64,000 nucleotides of DNA, from assembly GCA_002499545.1 (NCBI GenBank), contig DAME01000002.1, positions 5,029 to 69,028 on the forward strand, in the 5' to 3' direction. Source of the stretch: Euryarchaeota archaeon UBA88 (GTDB taxonomy: Archaea > Thermoplasmatota > Poseidoniia > Poseidoniales > Poseidoniaceae). How positions within the stretch are numbered: position 1 is the stretch's first letter; every line of letters begins with the position of its first letter. A program made the translations under genes and the position numbers. Of the stretch, positions 56,404 to 64,000 are shown in pieces. The notes beneath the pieces were generated by a model. It saw nothing but the letters and a program-made list of their open reading frames with translations, was not told where the DNA came from and ran no database searches.

Positions 56404-57486
56404 ATGAACATGCACCTCGGCGAACACGTTCGCTTAACCCTCTTTGGCACCAGTCACGGTCCTCGTGTGGGCGCCTACCTCAACGGTGTACCGGCTGGGC
56501 TAATCGTCGATAAAGATGCAATCGTTCGTGCGATGAACAGCCGAAGACCCGGTGGGCGTTACGCCAGCAAACGCAAGGAAGAGGACGTTGTTCACATTTT
56601 GAGTGGTGTAGAGAATGGGGTCACCAATGGACAGGAGATTGAACTCTCAATCGATAACAATGATGTCAAATCCAGGGACTACAGTTTCCTTCCTGACCAC
56701 CCTCGCCCAGGCCATCAAGACATGGTAATGCACAAGCGAACCAACGGTGAGGCTGACCTTCGCGGTGGTGGGACTTCCAGTGCTCGACTCACCGCAGCAT
56801 TGGTCGCATCAGCTGCGTTTCTCTCTCCTTTGATCAACACGCTTGGCATATCGGTCGAAGCCCAGGTCGGCGTAATCGGTGATGTTCGAGCTAAGCCAAT
56901 GGATGAATGCCCTCCGCGATGGGAAACTGAAGCATGCCAAGAAATGCGATGCAGAGACCCTGATGCAGCACGTGCGATGGTCCAGTGTGTCAAACAACAC
57001 AAAACGGCTGCTAATTCGATTGGAAGTCGAGTCGACCTTCAGATATCCGGAGCACCTCTGGGAATCGGCGAACCTTGGTTTGACGGTATGGAGCCCGCTT
57101 TAGCAAAAGCCATGATGTCGATTCCTGCAGCCCGAGGCGTTGAATTCGGCAGAGGTTTCAGCAGTGTTGGAATGACAGGATTGCAGCACAATGACCCTTG
57201 GGGAGGTACGGCAGACAAACCCGTTCTTCAAGGCGACAAGCCAGATGGAGTCCTCGCTGGATTGACCACTGGTGCCGTGATTCGGTGTTCCGTCGCTTTC
57301 AAACCACCCTCCAGCATTGCATCTTCTCAACAAACCCTCAACTTGTCGACCAATACCGTCGAACCATTGGTCGTTGGCGGTCGTCACGACCCGGTGCTGG
57401 GCCCAAGAGCAGTTGCAGTCGTGGAAGCCATGGCAATCTTGGTGTTAACCGATTTAGCAGTACGCGGAGGTTTCATCGATGCGTGA
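56404..57486 (+). CDS. aroC: Chorismate synthase
   Basis: LTLFGTSHGPRVGAYLNGVPAG, RPGHQD, GGGTSSARLTA, GGRHDP. Confidence 0.9.
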   Translation: MNMHLGEHVRLTLFGTSHGPRVGAYLNGVPAGLIVDKDAIVRAMNSRRPGGRYASKRKEEDVVHILSGVENGVTNGQEIELSIDNNDVKSRDYSFLPDHPRPGHQDMVMHKRTNGEADLRGGGTSSARLTAALVASAAFLSPLINTLGISVEAQVGVIGDVRAKPMDECPPRWETEACQEMRCRDPDAARAMVQCVKQHKTAANSIGSRVDLQISGAPLGIGEPWFDGMEPALAKAMMSIPAARGVEFGRGFSSVGMTGLQHNDPWGGTADKPVLQGDKPDGVLAGLTTGAVIRCSVAFKPPSSIASSQQTLNLSTNTVEPLVVGGRHDPVLGPRAVAVVEAMAILVLTDLAVRGGFIDA

Positions 57487-58801
57487 ACACGTCACTGTCC
57501 ACAAATTTGGCGGATCATGCCTTCGAGATATTTCAGACCTCAACAGAATAACTGAAGTGATTCAGAACTGGTCTGGACAATCAATCTTGGTTGTTTCCGC
57601 TCTCTGGGGCACAACCGACCGTCTCATGCGAGCCAGCCAAGAACCACGATATGCAAGTCGCTTGGTCAGTGATTTATCCCGACAACATCTTCGATTTGCC
57701 CCCGGCCTTATCGACGGTCCAAGCGCAGGACTCTTCACGCAAGTACTGCAGGGGATTGAACAATCGTTGGTTGAACTTGCACGTAGTCCAAACAATTGGA
57801 TTGCAACAAATCGTCTCTTGGCTGCCGGTGAGCGTCTGTCTGCACTTGTCGTTGCCCATCACCTCTACAATTCTGGAATCAACGCACATCCTGTCGGTGC
57901 AGAGGATATTGGTTTGAAACTCGATGGTTCTAACAGAGCACCAACTGTAGACATCGTTGCTTCAATGAACGTCCTTGATAGACGTGCACTCACTGGAACT
58001 CCAGTGATCACCGGATGGTTCGGCGAGGGAAGCGATGGGGAATTGGCACTGTTAGGTCGAGGAGGAAGCGACCACACTGCAACGTCCATTGGACGCTTGG
58101 TCAATGCTGACAAAGTCATACTTTGGAAGGATGTTGACGGTGTGATGCCACTGAACCCTCGTTGGGGTATCGAATGCAAACCCGTAGCGTACCTCGGATA
58201 CGGAGAGGCGATGGAACTCGCTCGTCTCGACACTCCCGTGCTGCACCCCGCAACGGTCGAACCGCTGCGTGAAGTCGGAATTCCTCTCGAAATTCGTGAT
58301 TTGCGCGGCCCCTTGAGGGCCGAGGCGTCAACCATTATCGGACCAGACCTCCTTCATTCACCACACGTGAAAGCAATCGGTTGTTTACCCAGCGTGGCAC
58401 GGCTAACCATCACCACTTCTTCGTTAGAATTGCAAAGCCAGCAACTCGGTCGGGTTTTATTGGACTTCGCTGAAGCAGAAATTCCTTGCTGGAGCCTAAG
58501 TTCTCAACCGAGAGAAATCTCATGGGTCGTGTCACAGCATGATTTGCCAAAGGCACTCGAACTGGTTACACTTCGCTTTGAAGAGCCCCAAGTTAACGAA
58601 TATGGTGCATTAGTCTCCTTAGTAGGCAATAAATTACCTCAACCGTCTGAGTCATTACTTTCTTCAAAAATGATTGAAGATCTCGACATTGAACTACTCT
58701 CAAACACCGACCACGCAATACGGTTGCTGTCGGTATCACATGACGTTCATCGACTGCTCAAGACTCTGTCGAAGACTCTCGAATTGAGCATTCGTAACTG
58801 A
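57479..58801 (+). CDS. Aspartate kinase (amino-acid kinase domain plus ACT-like C-terminus)
   Basis: VHKFGGSCL, VVSALWGTTDRL, GRGGSDHTATSIG, WKDVDGVM. An 8-nt overlap links it to aroC. Confidence 0.75.
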   Translation: MREHVTVHKFGGSCLRDISDLNRITEVIQNWSGQSILVVSALWGTTDRLMRASQEPRYASRLVSDLSRQHLRFAPGLIDGPSAGLFTQVLQGIEQSLVELARSPNNWIATNRLLAAGERLSALVVAHHLYNSGINAHPVGAEDIGLKLDGSNRAPTVDIVASMNVLDRRALTGTPVITGWFGEGSDGELALLGRGGSDHTATSIGRLVNADKVILWKDVDGVMPLNPRWGIECKPVAYLGYGEAMELARLDTPVLHPATVEPLREVGIPLEIRDLRGPLRAEASTIIGPDLLHSPHVKAIGCLPSVARLTITTSSLELQSQQLGRVLLDFAEAEIPCWSLSSQPREISWVVSQHDLPKALELVTLRFEEPQVNEYGALVSLVGNKLPQPSESLLSSKMIEDLDIELLSNTDHAIRLLSVSHDVHRLLKTLSKTLELSIRN

Positions 58802-58803
58802 AT

Positions 58804-59727
58804 TCACTCAGCTCGCTTCTCACGGTAGTTTTGCAAATGCGTAGGCAAGTTGAGGGCGAACAGACCGCCTACGACGCAGAACACGAAGAAAGTACCAAGA
58901 GCAACACCGTAGACCGAGATGAGTTCAACCGACTCTTCCATTCGAAGGGCGGTATCTTGGGAAAGAATTCCGACAAACCATGGAAGAATAGTGTTGGCAG
59001 AAAGTACAATGGTTGCCAGAATGGTTGCGATGATTGGGTTGATGAGAAGGGAACGGTGGTATTTTCCAACGATTTTCTTCGGATTCATAACGTAAACTTC
59101 GTTTGTGCGGATACTGGTGTCAAGCATTGAGTATCGTAAAACACCGTTGGTCAATTCAAAGTACATGATGAGCATCACTGCGTAAACAACAACCAGTGCA
59201 GACAGCATGAAGGGATTGTCTTGTAGTTGCAGCACGTCGTTTGAGAGCGTGACCTTTGAAGAAGCGAAACGAAGAATTGCGAGAATAAACAGAAGGTTGC
59301 TTACCAAGAGGAAACGCCCATCGCGTTGGAAGGTCCCCCAGAATCCGGTTCCAGTGGCTCCAACAATCAGGATAAGTTGGAACACCGTAGCGATGGTTAA
59401 GCTACCGGTGAACATGTACCACATGGTCCCTTCAGCAGGTGAAATCATGTAGGTGAGAAGTGCGAGGGCAACCAAAATACCGTACACGCCAAGTTGCAGG
59501 TTTTGCACCATCTTATCGGGCGGCAAGAACTTAGTTTTTGGTACGAGAGGTCCACCAAGAAGACTTTCGATGAAACTTGGAATTTCAACTTGTGGAATTG
59601 CGTCGGTCGGGATATCGCTTCCTGAACCAATCTGTCCTGCTGCTTTCTTGCGTGATGGAGCAGAAGAACGTACGGTTTTACCGTCATACAGGTGAGAAGT
59701 GTCGCTGGAAGGTCGTGATACAGTCAT
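58804..59727 (-). CDS. Polytopic membrane protein of unknown function; last gene of the MoxR/DUF58 cluster
   Basis: About seven hydrophobic helices after a Ser/Lys-rich N-terminus. A GAGGTGA SD overlaps the DUF58 stop 9 nt upstream. Confidence 0.5.
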   Translation of the reverse strand: MTVSRPSSDTSHLYDGKTVRSSAPSRKKAAGQIGSGSDIPTDAIPQVEIPSFIESLLGGPLVPKTKFLPPDKMVQNLQLGVYGILVALALLTYMISPAEGTMWYMFTGSLTIATVFQLILIVGATGTGFWGTFQRDGRFLLVSNLLFILAILRFASSKVTLSNDVLQLQDNPFMLSALVVVYAVMLIMYFELTNGVLRYSMLDTSIRTNEVYVMNPKKIVGKYHRSLLINPIIATILATIVLSANTILPWFVGILSQDTALRMEESVELISVYGVALGTFFVFCVVGGLFALNLPTHLQNYREKRAE

Positions 59728-59736
59728 ATTGTCACC

Positions 59737-61050
59737 TCAAAATCCTCTTGCCCCTGCAAGTGCGGTAGAGAGAAGCATATCCGGCTCCCAGTCCATGATG
59801 TTCACACCTAGACTGCGGAGTTCGCTGATCAGTACATCACGCTCTGTTTTCATAACTTCGTAACCTGTCCTGTCAATGCGTCGTGCATCGAATTCAAACT
59901 CAAGCGATGAAGGTGTCAAAACCGTAACATCGAAATCGCGGGCTCGGAAGTCTCGTAGGGCATTGACGATGGTTGGGTCATCTTCGAGATTGGACAAGAA
60001 GATGATTGGACTTCCTTTGTTGATGTGCGGTAAAATTCTGTTGACTACAACCTGGAGTGGAATGTTGCCACGGGCAACTGCACCAGCAAGTTTGGTCAAA
60101 ATTACATAGAGTTGTTTCTTACCGGTATCTCGGTCAACGCTCACAACTTCCTCGCCGTAAACAATCACTCCGACCGAATCTCTTCGACCGAGGAAGTACT
60201 TTGCAAGTGAAGCCGCTGCTCGAGTGGAGTACACCAGCGCATTGCGTGACACCGGTCCGGTTTCAGCAACCGATCGAGAGTCAACGATGATGATGATGTC
60301 AGAAACTGCATCACGCTCTCGCTCGTTGACCATTAGTTTCCCAGAGCGAGCGTACGCCGACCAGTTGATGGCTCGGAATGAATCGCCTTCGAAATACTCT
60401 CGGAGAGAGTAAAATTCAGACCCTGGTCCGGGTTGTCGGATGTTGACAGCGCCCGTGAAAATCTTTGGAACACGAGATTTAACGAAGGTTTCTTTGAGGT
60501 CTTCCATCTTCGGGAACACGAGGAAATCATTGTAGACATGCAATTCTTTTTCCTTGTGGAACAGTCCGAAGGGGTCTTGGATCCTGACAGCCACAGGTCC
60601 AACACTGTAGAAGCCTCGGAGAGGGCACTCAACGGTGTATTCAATGAAAGTTTCACGGCGTGGGCCGAGTTCCATCAAAATGTAATTCGCACCATCCTTG
60701 ATGCGCATGACTTCAGGAACTCGATCTCGAACTTCGAGGATTTTTGGCAGCGAGGAATGGTTTTGCATCCTCAGCGTAATGTTGAGCTCGCCGTCTTCAA
60801 AAATACGAGCACTCGAGAGTTTTCGCATAGCAGAAACGCTGCTTAGTGCCACACCTTCTTCTCCAGACCATTCATCAGCACGACGGCCGGTTGCGGCAAC
60901 GTCAGCGTGACCACCGAACAAGGCAGCCCAAGTCAAGAAAACGAAGATGACAACCGCAATCGTGACAAGTTGAGAATTTCGCAAGGTCAACCCAAGCAAA
61001 TACATGGCAATAGCCAAACTTCCCAACATTGCAGACTTACGACTCCACAT
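59737..61050 (-). CDS. DUF58 (vWA-like) protein, MoxR partner
   Basis: Two N-terminal TM helices. DUF58 core EFYSLREYFEGDSFRAINWSAYARSGKLMVNERE. ATG 61050 is preceded by GAGGTGA; the ORF opens at GTG 61059. Confidence 0.8.
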   Translation of the reverse strand: MWSRKSAMLGSLAIAMYLLGLTLRNSQLVTIAVVIFVFLTWAALFGGHADVAATGRRADEWSGEEGVALSSVSAMRKLSSARIFEDGELNITLRMQNHSSLPKILEVRDRVPEVMRIKDGANYILMELGPRRETFIEYTVECPLRGFYSVGPVAVRIQDPFGLFHKEKELHVYNDFLVFPKMEDLKETFVKSRVPKIFTGAVNIRQPGPGSEFYSLREYFEGDSFRAINWSAYARSGKLMVNERERDAVSDIIIIVDSRSVAETGPVSRNALVYSTRAAASLAKYFLGRRDSVGVIVYGEEVVSVDRDTGKKQLYVILTKLAGAVARGNIPLQVVVNRILPHINKGSPIIFLSNLEDDPTIVNALRDFRARDFDVTVLTPSSLEFEFDARRIDRTGYEVMKTERDVLISELRSLGVNIMDWEPDMLLSTALAGARGF

Positions 61051-61081
61051 CAAATTCACCTCAAAAATTGTTCAAAAACAA

Positions 61082-62260
61082 TCAAACAGTTGGTACAGGT
61101 ACTTCTCGCAAGATGGTTTGAATCACTTCACCAGACTCCAAACCTTTGATTTGGTGTTCTGGCTTCAAAATGATACGGTGAGCGAGTGCAAGTTCTGCGA
61201 TCGTCTTGACGTCATCGGGGGTGACGAAGTCGCGACCACGAAGAGCGGCAGCAGCTCGAGAAGTCTTGAGCAATGCTTGAGAACCACGGGGTGAGGCTCC
61301 GACCAAAACACGTGGATCTTCACGGGTTCGGGAAACAACTTCAACCATGTACATTCGCAATGCAGGGTCAACATACACGCTTTCGCATGCTTGTTGCATA
61401 GCAATGACTTTCTCAGGACTGGTGATGACTTCAACTTCAACTGCGTCCTTTCCACGAGCAATACGTCGGGCGAGGATTTCGTCTTCATCAGCACGGTCGG
61501 GATAACCAACAGACATCTTGAACATGAATCGGTCAAGTTGTGCTTCTGGAAGTGGGTAGGTACCTTCTTGTTCGACAGGGTTTTGAGTTGCCATAACAAT
61601 GAACGGTGCTGGAAGTTTGTGGGTCACAGTACCGATGGTCACCTGCTTCTCTTGCATAGCCTCAAGCAATGCTGCTTGGGTCTTTGGCGGAGCACGGTTA
61701 ATCTCGTCAGCAAGGAGAAGGTTACAGAACAGAGGTCCTGGTTTGAAAGTGAATTCACCCTTCTTGGCGTCGTAAATGTTGGTACCAGTAATGTCTGCAG
61801 GTAGCAAGTCAGGCGTAAATTGTACACGCTTGAAGTCACAACCCAGTGCATCAGCGAAAGTGTTGGTCATCAACGTCTTCGCCAAACCGGGATAATCTTC
61901 GAACAGAAGGTTACCGTTGGAAAGAATGTCAATCAACACATTGTCGATGACGTGGGCCTTTCCAATAATTACTTTCTGAACTTCAGCTGCGATAGCTTGG
62001 CAAATCGAACCGACTGCCTTGAGTTTATCACGGGTTTCAGGTGTGTTCTGGTGCTTCGGCTGGGCCGGAGCGGCCATTGCTGCTGGTGCTGCTGGCATCG
62101 GCGGCGCTGCTGGTGCTGCTGGCATTGGCGGCGCTGCTGCGGGCATAGGTGCCGCTGGCATTGGCGCTGCTGGTGCTACAGGCATGGCAGGTGCTGCTGG
62201 GGCCACAGGCATTGCTGGCGCTGGCGCGGGCGGGGCTGCGGGGGGTGCGGGGGGTTGCAT
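61082..62260 (-). CDS. moxR: MoxR-family AAA+ ATPase with a Pro/Ala-rich N-terminal extension
   Basis: MoxR core GNLLFEDYPGLAKTLM, FKRVQFTPDLLPADITG, LLADEINRAPPKTQAALLEAMQE. ATG 62260 is preceded by GGAGG. The first 70 or so aa are P/A/M repeats. Confidence 0.9.
   Translation of the reverse strand: MQPPAPPAAPPAPAPAMPVAPAAPAMPVAPAAPMPAAPMPAAAPPMPAAPAAPPMPAAPAAMAAPAQPKHQNTPETRDKLKAVGSICQAIAAEVQKVIIGKAHVIDNVLIDILSNGNLLFEDYPGLAKTLMTNTFADALGCDFKRVQFTPDLLPADITGTNIYDAKKGEFTFKPGPLFCNLLLADEINRAPPKTQAALLEAMQEKQVTIGTVTHKLPAPFIVMATQNPVEQEGTYPLPEAQLDRFMFKMSVGYPDRADEDEILARRIARGKDAVEVEVITSPEKVIAMQQACESVYVDPALRMYMVEVVSRTREDPRVLVGASPRGSQALLKTSRAAAALRGRDFVTPDDVKTIAELALAHRIILKPEHQIKGLESGEVIQTILREVPVPTV
62045..62260. 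repeat. GC-rich imperfect tandem repeats encoding (P/M)AAPAAP-type units at the 5' end of moxR
   Basis: On the + strand: repeated gctgctggtgctgctggcat(c/t)ggcggc and related units. The translation reads PAAPxMPxAPAAP repeats. Confidence 0.8.
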
Positions 62261-62279
62261 GTCTATTTTCCTCCAATTA

Positions 62280-63860
62280 TCAATTTCCCCAACGTCGTAT
62301 TTGCGGGATAAGTTCCCTTAATTCTTCGTTGGAGTAGGTGCGGTTAGAACTGATCAGTTCAACCAAGCGCGGGTCACGAACCATTTGCATGACTTCCGCA
62401 GGGGTTTTACGCATGAATTCATCACGCGTCATGTCATTGAATTGACGTACTTTGGAAAGGAAGGCTTCTCGGGTACGGAGTTGGTACTGCGATGCATCAA
62501 CCTTCTTGGGGCGTTCACGGAATCGAGTTAAGTCAAACACGTGCCGCCAATTTTCCTTTTCTGGAACAACCATGATAGCAATGGCGAGAAGAGCGAAGAG
62601 ATTGAGGATAATCAACCACTTGAGAACAACGTCGCTGGTAAGTAGAACAACGGCACCCATTGCTTCGGTGAACGGAGAAAGAAGAGGGCTTGACACGTGA
62701 CGGCTTTCATCGAATACGATGAAAAATTCAGACGCAGAACGGGTGATAGTGGTTGACAGTTCTTGGTTATCGAATTCCATCATGTCGTACATCAGAGCAG
62801 TGAAGTATTCGCTGTTCCCGAACCATGTGGTGTCGCCTTGGGATGAAGAAAGGCCGTTCGGGTCTGTATCCCAGCAATTATGGCCGTTATCGACATAAGC
62901 TGGATTGTTACACTGTAGGTAGCCGCTTTCTTCGGCCAAATCAGCATCCCACAAGTGGTTCGCGAGAACTGAGTGGTCGGATACGAATACGATTGAACCT
63001 GTAACGCTGATTTCCCCAAAGTCATTGTTAGGTTTTACATCGAGGACGTTCTCAACAGGATAGTTGATTCGGATGATGAGACCCGTCATCCCTTCTCCAA
63101 GAGTAGGGTTGAGGGGACTGTCGATGTTGGCCGTATCTTTAGCCACCCGAGCGGAGGTTGATGCTGCGGCGAGAATATCGACATCACGATTCGATTCGGT
63201 TTGTTCATCAAGTACTTGAATTGCAGTCGGGCGGTGGAAAAGAACCGGCATCCGGCAATCCTCGACTTGAGCGGCATCGACGTTGGCTTGTGAGCATGGA
63301 ATTAAGCGCTCATCACCCATCTCGCTGATGTTTTCGTTCACGCTTGCTGCAGCCCAGAGTCTTCGATAATCAGGATTCTCTAACTCACCGAGTTCATTTT
63401 CGACTTCGTAATACCGTTGATCGTCGAACACGGGTGCGTCAAAGAACTTGACACCAAATTCCGATGCAACCAGTTGAGCGTTGGTCGAACTTGCAGCGAG
63501 GATGACTTTTCCGCCTTTTTCAGTGACGAAATCATGGATAGCGGATGCTTCGGCAGCATCGAACGGCTTTTCTGGACCTGCGATGATGAGCATGGTGCGA
63601 TGAGGATCGTTCCAGTCATTGACCAGCATTGGTGTGGACATTGTGTTGGCGATGCTATAACCTCGTGAATCCACGACGTCTCGCATCTCTGTGAGTTGTT
63701 GCATCGAATATTCGTCTGCGGCATTGTTGTATGGTGAAAGGACCGTCGTCTTGTCAATACTGACCAGTCCAATGACAAGAACCGACAAAAACAGTGATGA
63801 TACGAGTCCTACTTTGAGCCATGTTTCGACGGTCAATTTGGATGATTCTTCTTCTGCCAA
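62280..63860 (-). CDS. Membrane-anchored DUF4350-like protein; first gene of the MoxR/DUF58 cluster
   Basis: N-terminal TM, the motif LIIAGPEKPFDAAEASAIHDFVTEKGGKVILAASS, a C-terminal TM, and a cytoplasmic tail. A TTG start is preceded by AAGGAGGG. Confidence 0.5.
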   Translation of the reverse strand: MAEEESSKLTVETWLKVGLVSSLFLSVLVIGLVSIDKTTVLSPYNNAADEYSMQQLTEMRDVVDSRGYSIANTMSTPMLVNDWNDPHRTMLIIAGPEKPFDAAEASAIHDFVTEKGGKVILAASSTNAQLVASEFGVKFFDAPVFDDQRYYEVENELGELENPDYRRLWAAASVNENISEMGDERLIPCSQANVDAAQVEDCRMPVLFHRPTAIQVLDEQTESNRDVDILAAASTSARVAKDTANIDSPLNPTLGEGMTGLIIRINYPVENVLDVKPNNDFGEISVTGSIVFVSDHSVLANHLWDADLAEESGYLQCNNPAYVDNGHNCWDTDPNGLSSSQGDTTWFGNSEYFTALMYDMMEFDNQELSTTITRSASEFFIVFDESRHVSSPLLSPFTEAMGAVVLLTSDVVLKWLIILNLFALLAIAIMVVPEKENWRHVFDLTRFRERPKKVDASQYQLRTREAFLSKVRQFNDMTRDEFMRKTPAEVMQMVRDPRLVELISSNRTYSNEELRELIPQIRRWGN

Positions 63861-64000
63861 ATATATCCCTCCTTTACATGATGCGGTTCAAATGAACACT
63901 ATGAACAAGCGTGGGAGCAATGCTCCACTCTTAATGGTTCTTCATGCATGATTTGAAACCACAGATTAATAGAGGAGTAAAAACCTCAACTCTCCTTTTC

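Noticed and set aside
62045-62260. Tandem repeats as a possible CRISPR array
   Set aside because: The repeats are contiguous with no unique spacers. They are in frame inside moxR and encode a Pro/Ala-rich peptide. No cas genes are nearby.
62019-62321. 100-aa Gly/Ala-rich ORF on the + strand (GAAGIGGAAGAAG...)
   Set aside because: It is the antisense reading of the Pro/Ala-rich repeat at the 5' end of moxR. moxR has a clear AAA+ core and a GGAGG-preceded ATG, so this is a shadow ORF created by the GC-rich repeat.

Overview
The window is a densely packed, almost entirely coding stretch of an archaeal chromosome. It carries archaeal information-processing genes: Orc1/Cdc6, ribosomal protein S6e, aIF2-gamma, RNA polymerase subunit K, Dph2 and SMC-ScpA-ScpB. 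It also holds a complete nine-gene A-type ATP synthase operon in the order H-I-K-E-C-F-A-B-D, and the archaeal ADH-synthase/DHQ-synthase-II route to chorismate. Other recognisable genes are PurP, a class II HMG-CoA reductase and heme O/heme A synthases. This gene content points to an aerobic, Thermoplasmata-related planktonic euryarchaeon, possibly of the Poseidoniales/MG-II type, but that is inference only. I found one tRNA, tRNA-Ser(GCU). I saw no rRNA, CRISPR array, transposase, integrase or prophage genes. Many genes are translationally coupled through ATGA or TGATG overlaps and are preceded by GGAGG-type Shine-Dalgarno motifs. Several convergent gene pairs abut or overlap. The most interesting observations are these. 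(1) Canonical EF-hand pairs occur in three unrelated proteins, one as an insertion of about 110 aa inside ATP synthase stator subunit I. (2) Three KaiC/RecA-like genes sit in tandem, one intact and two with degenerate P-loops. They are coupled to a UbiE-like methyltransferase and lie next to a pilin-like lamin-tail-domain protein and a 985-aa surface protein. (3) A second, divergent Orc1/Cdc6-like AAA+/wHTH ATPase has a long acidic insert and is coupled to a beta-propeller protein and DUF357. It faces an intergenic array of helically phased CGTTAA motifs arranged as an extended inverted repeat. (4) A site-2-protease (M50) homolog has lost both metal-binding motifs and is fused to a large extracytoplasmic domain. 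(5) A MoxR/DUF58 module encodes a MoxR with a Pro/Ala-rich tandem-repeat N-terminus. All functional calls come from reading the translated ORFs against remembered family motifs. No database search was run.
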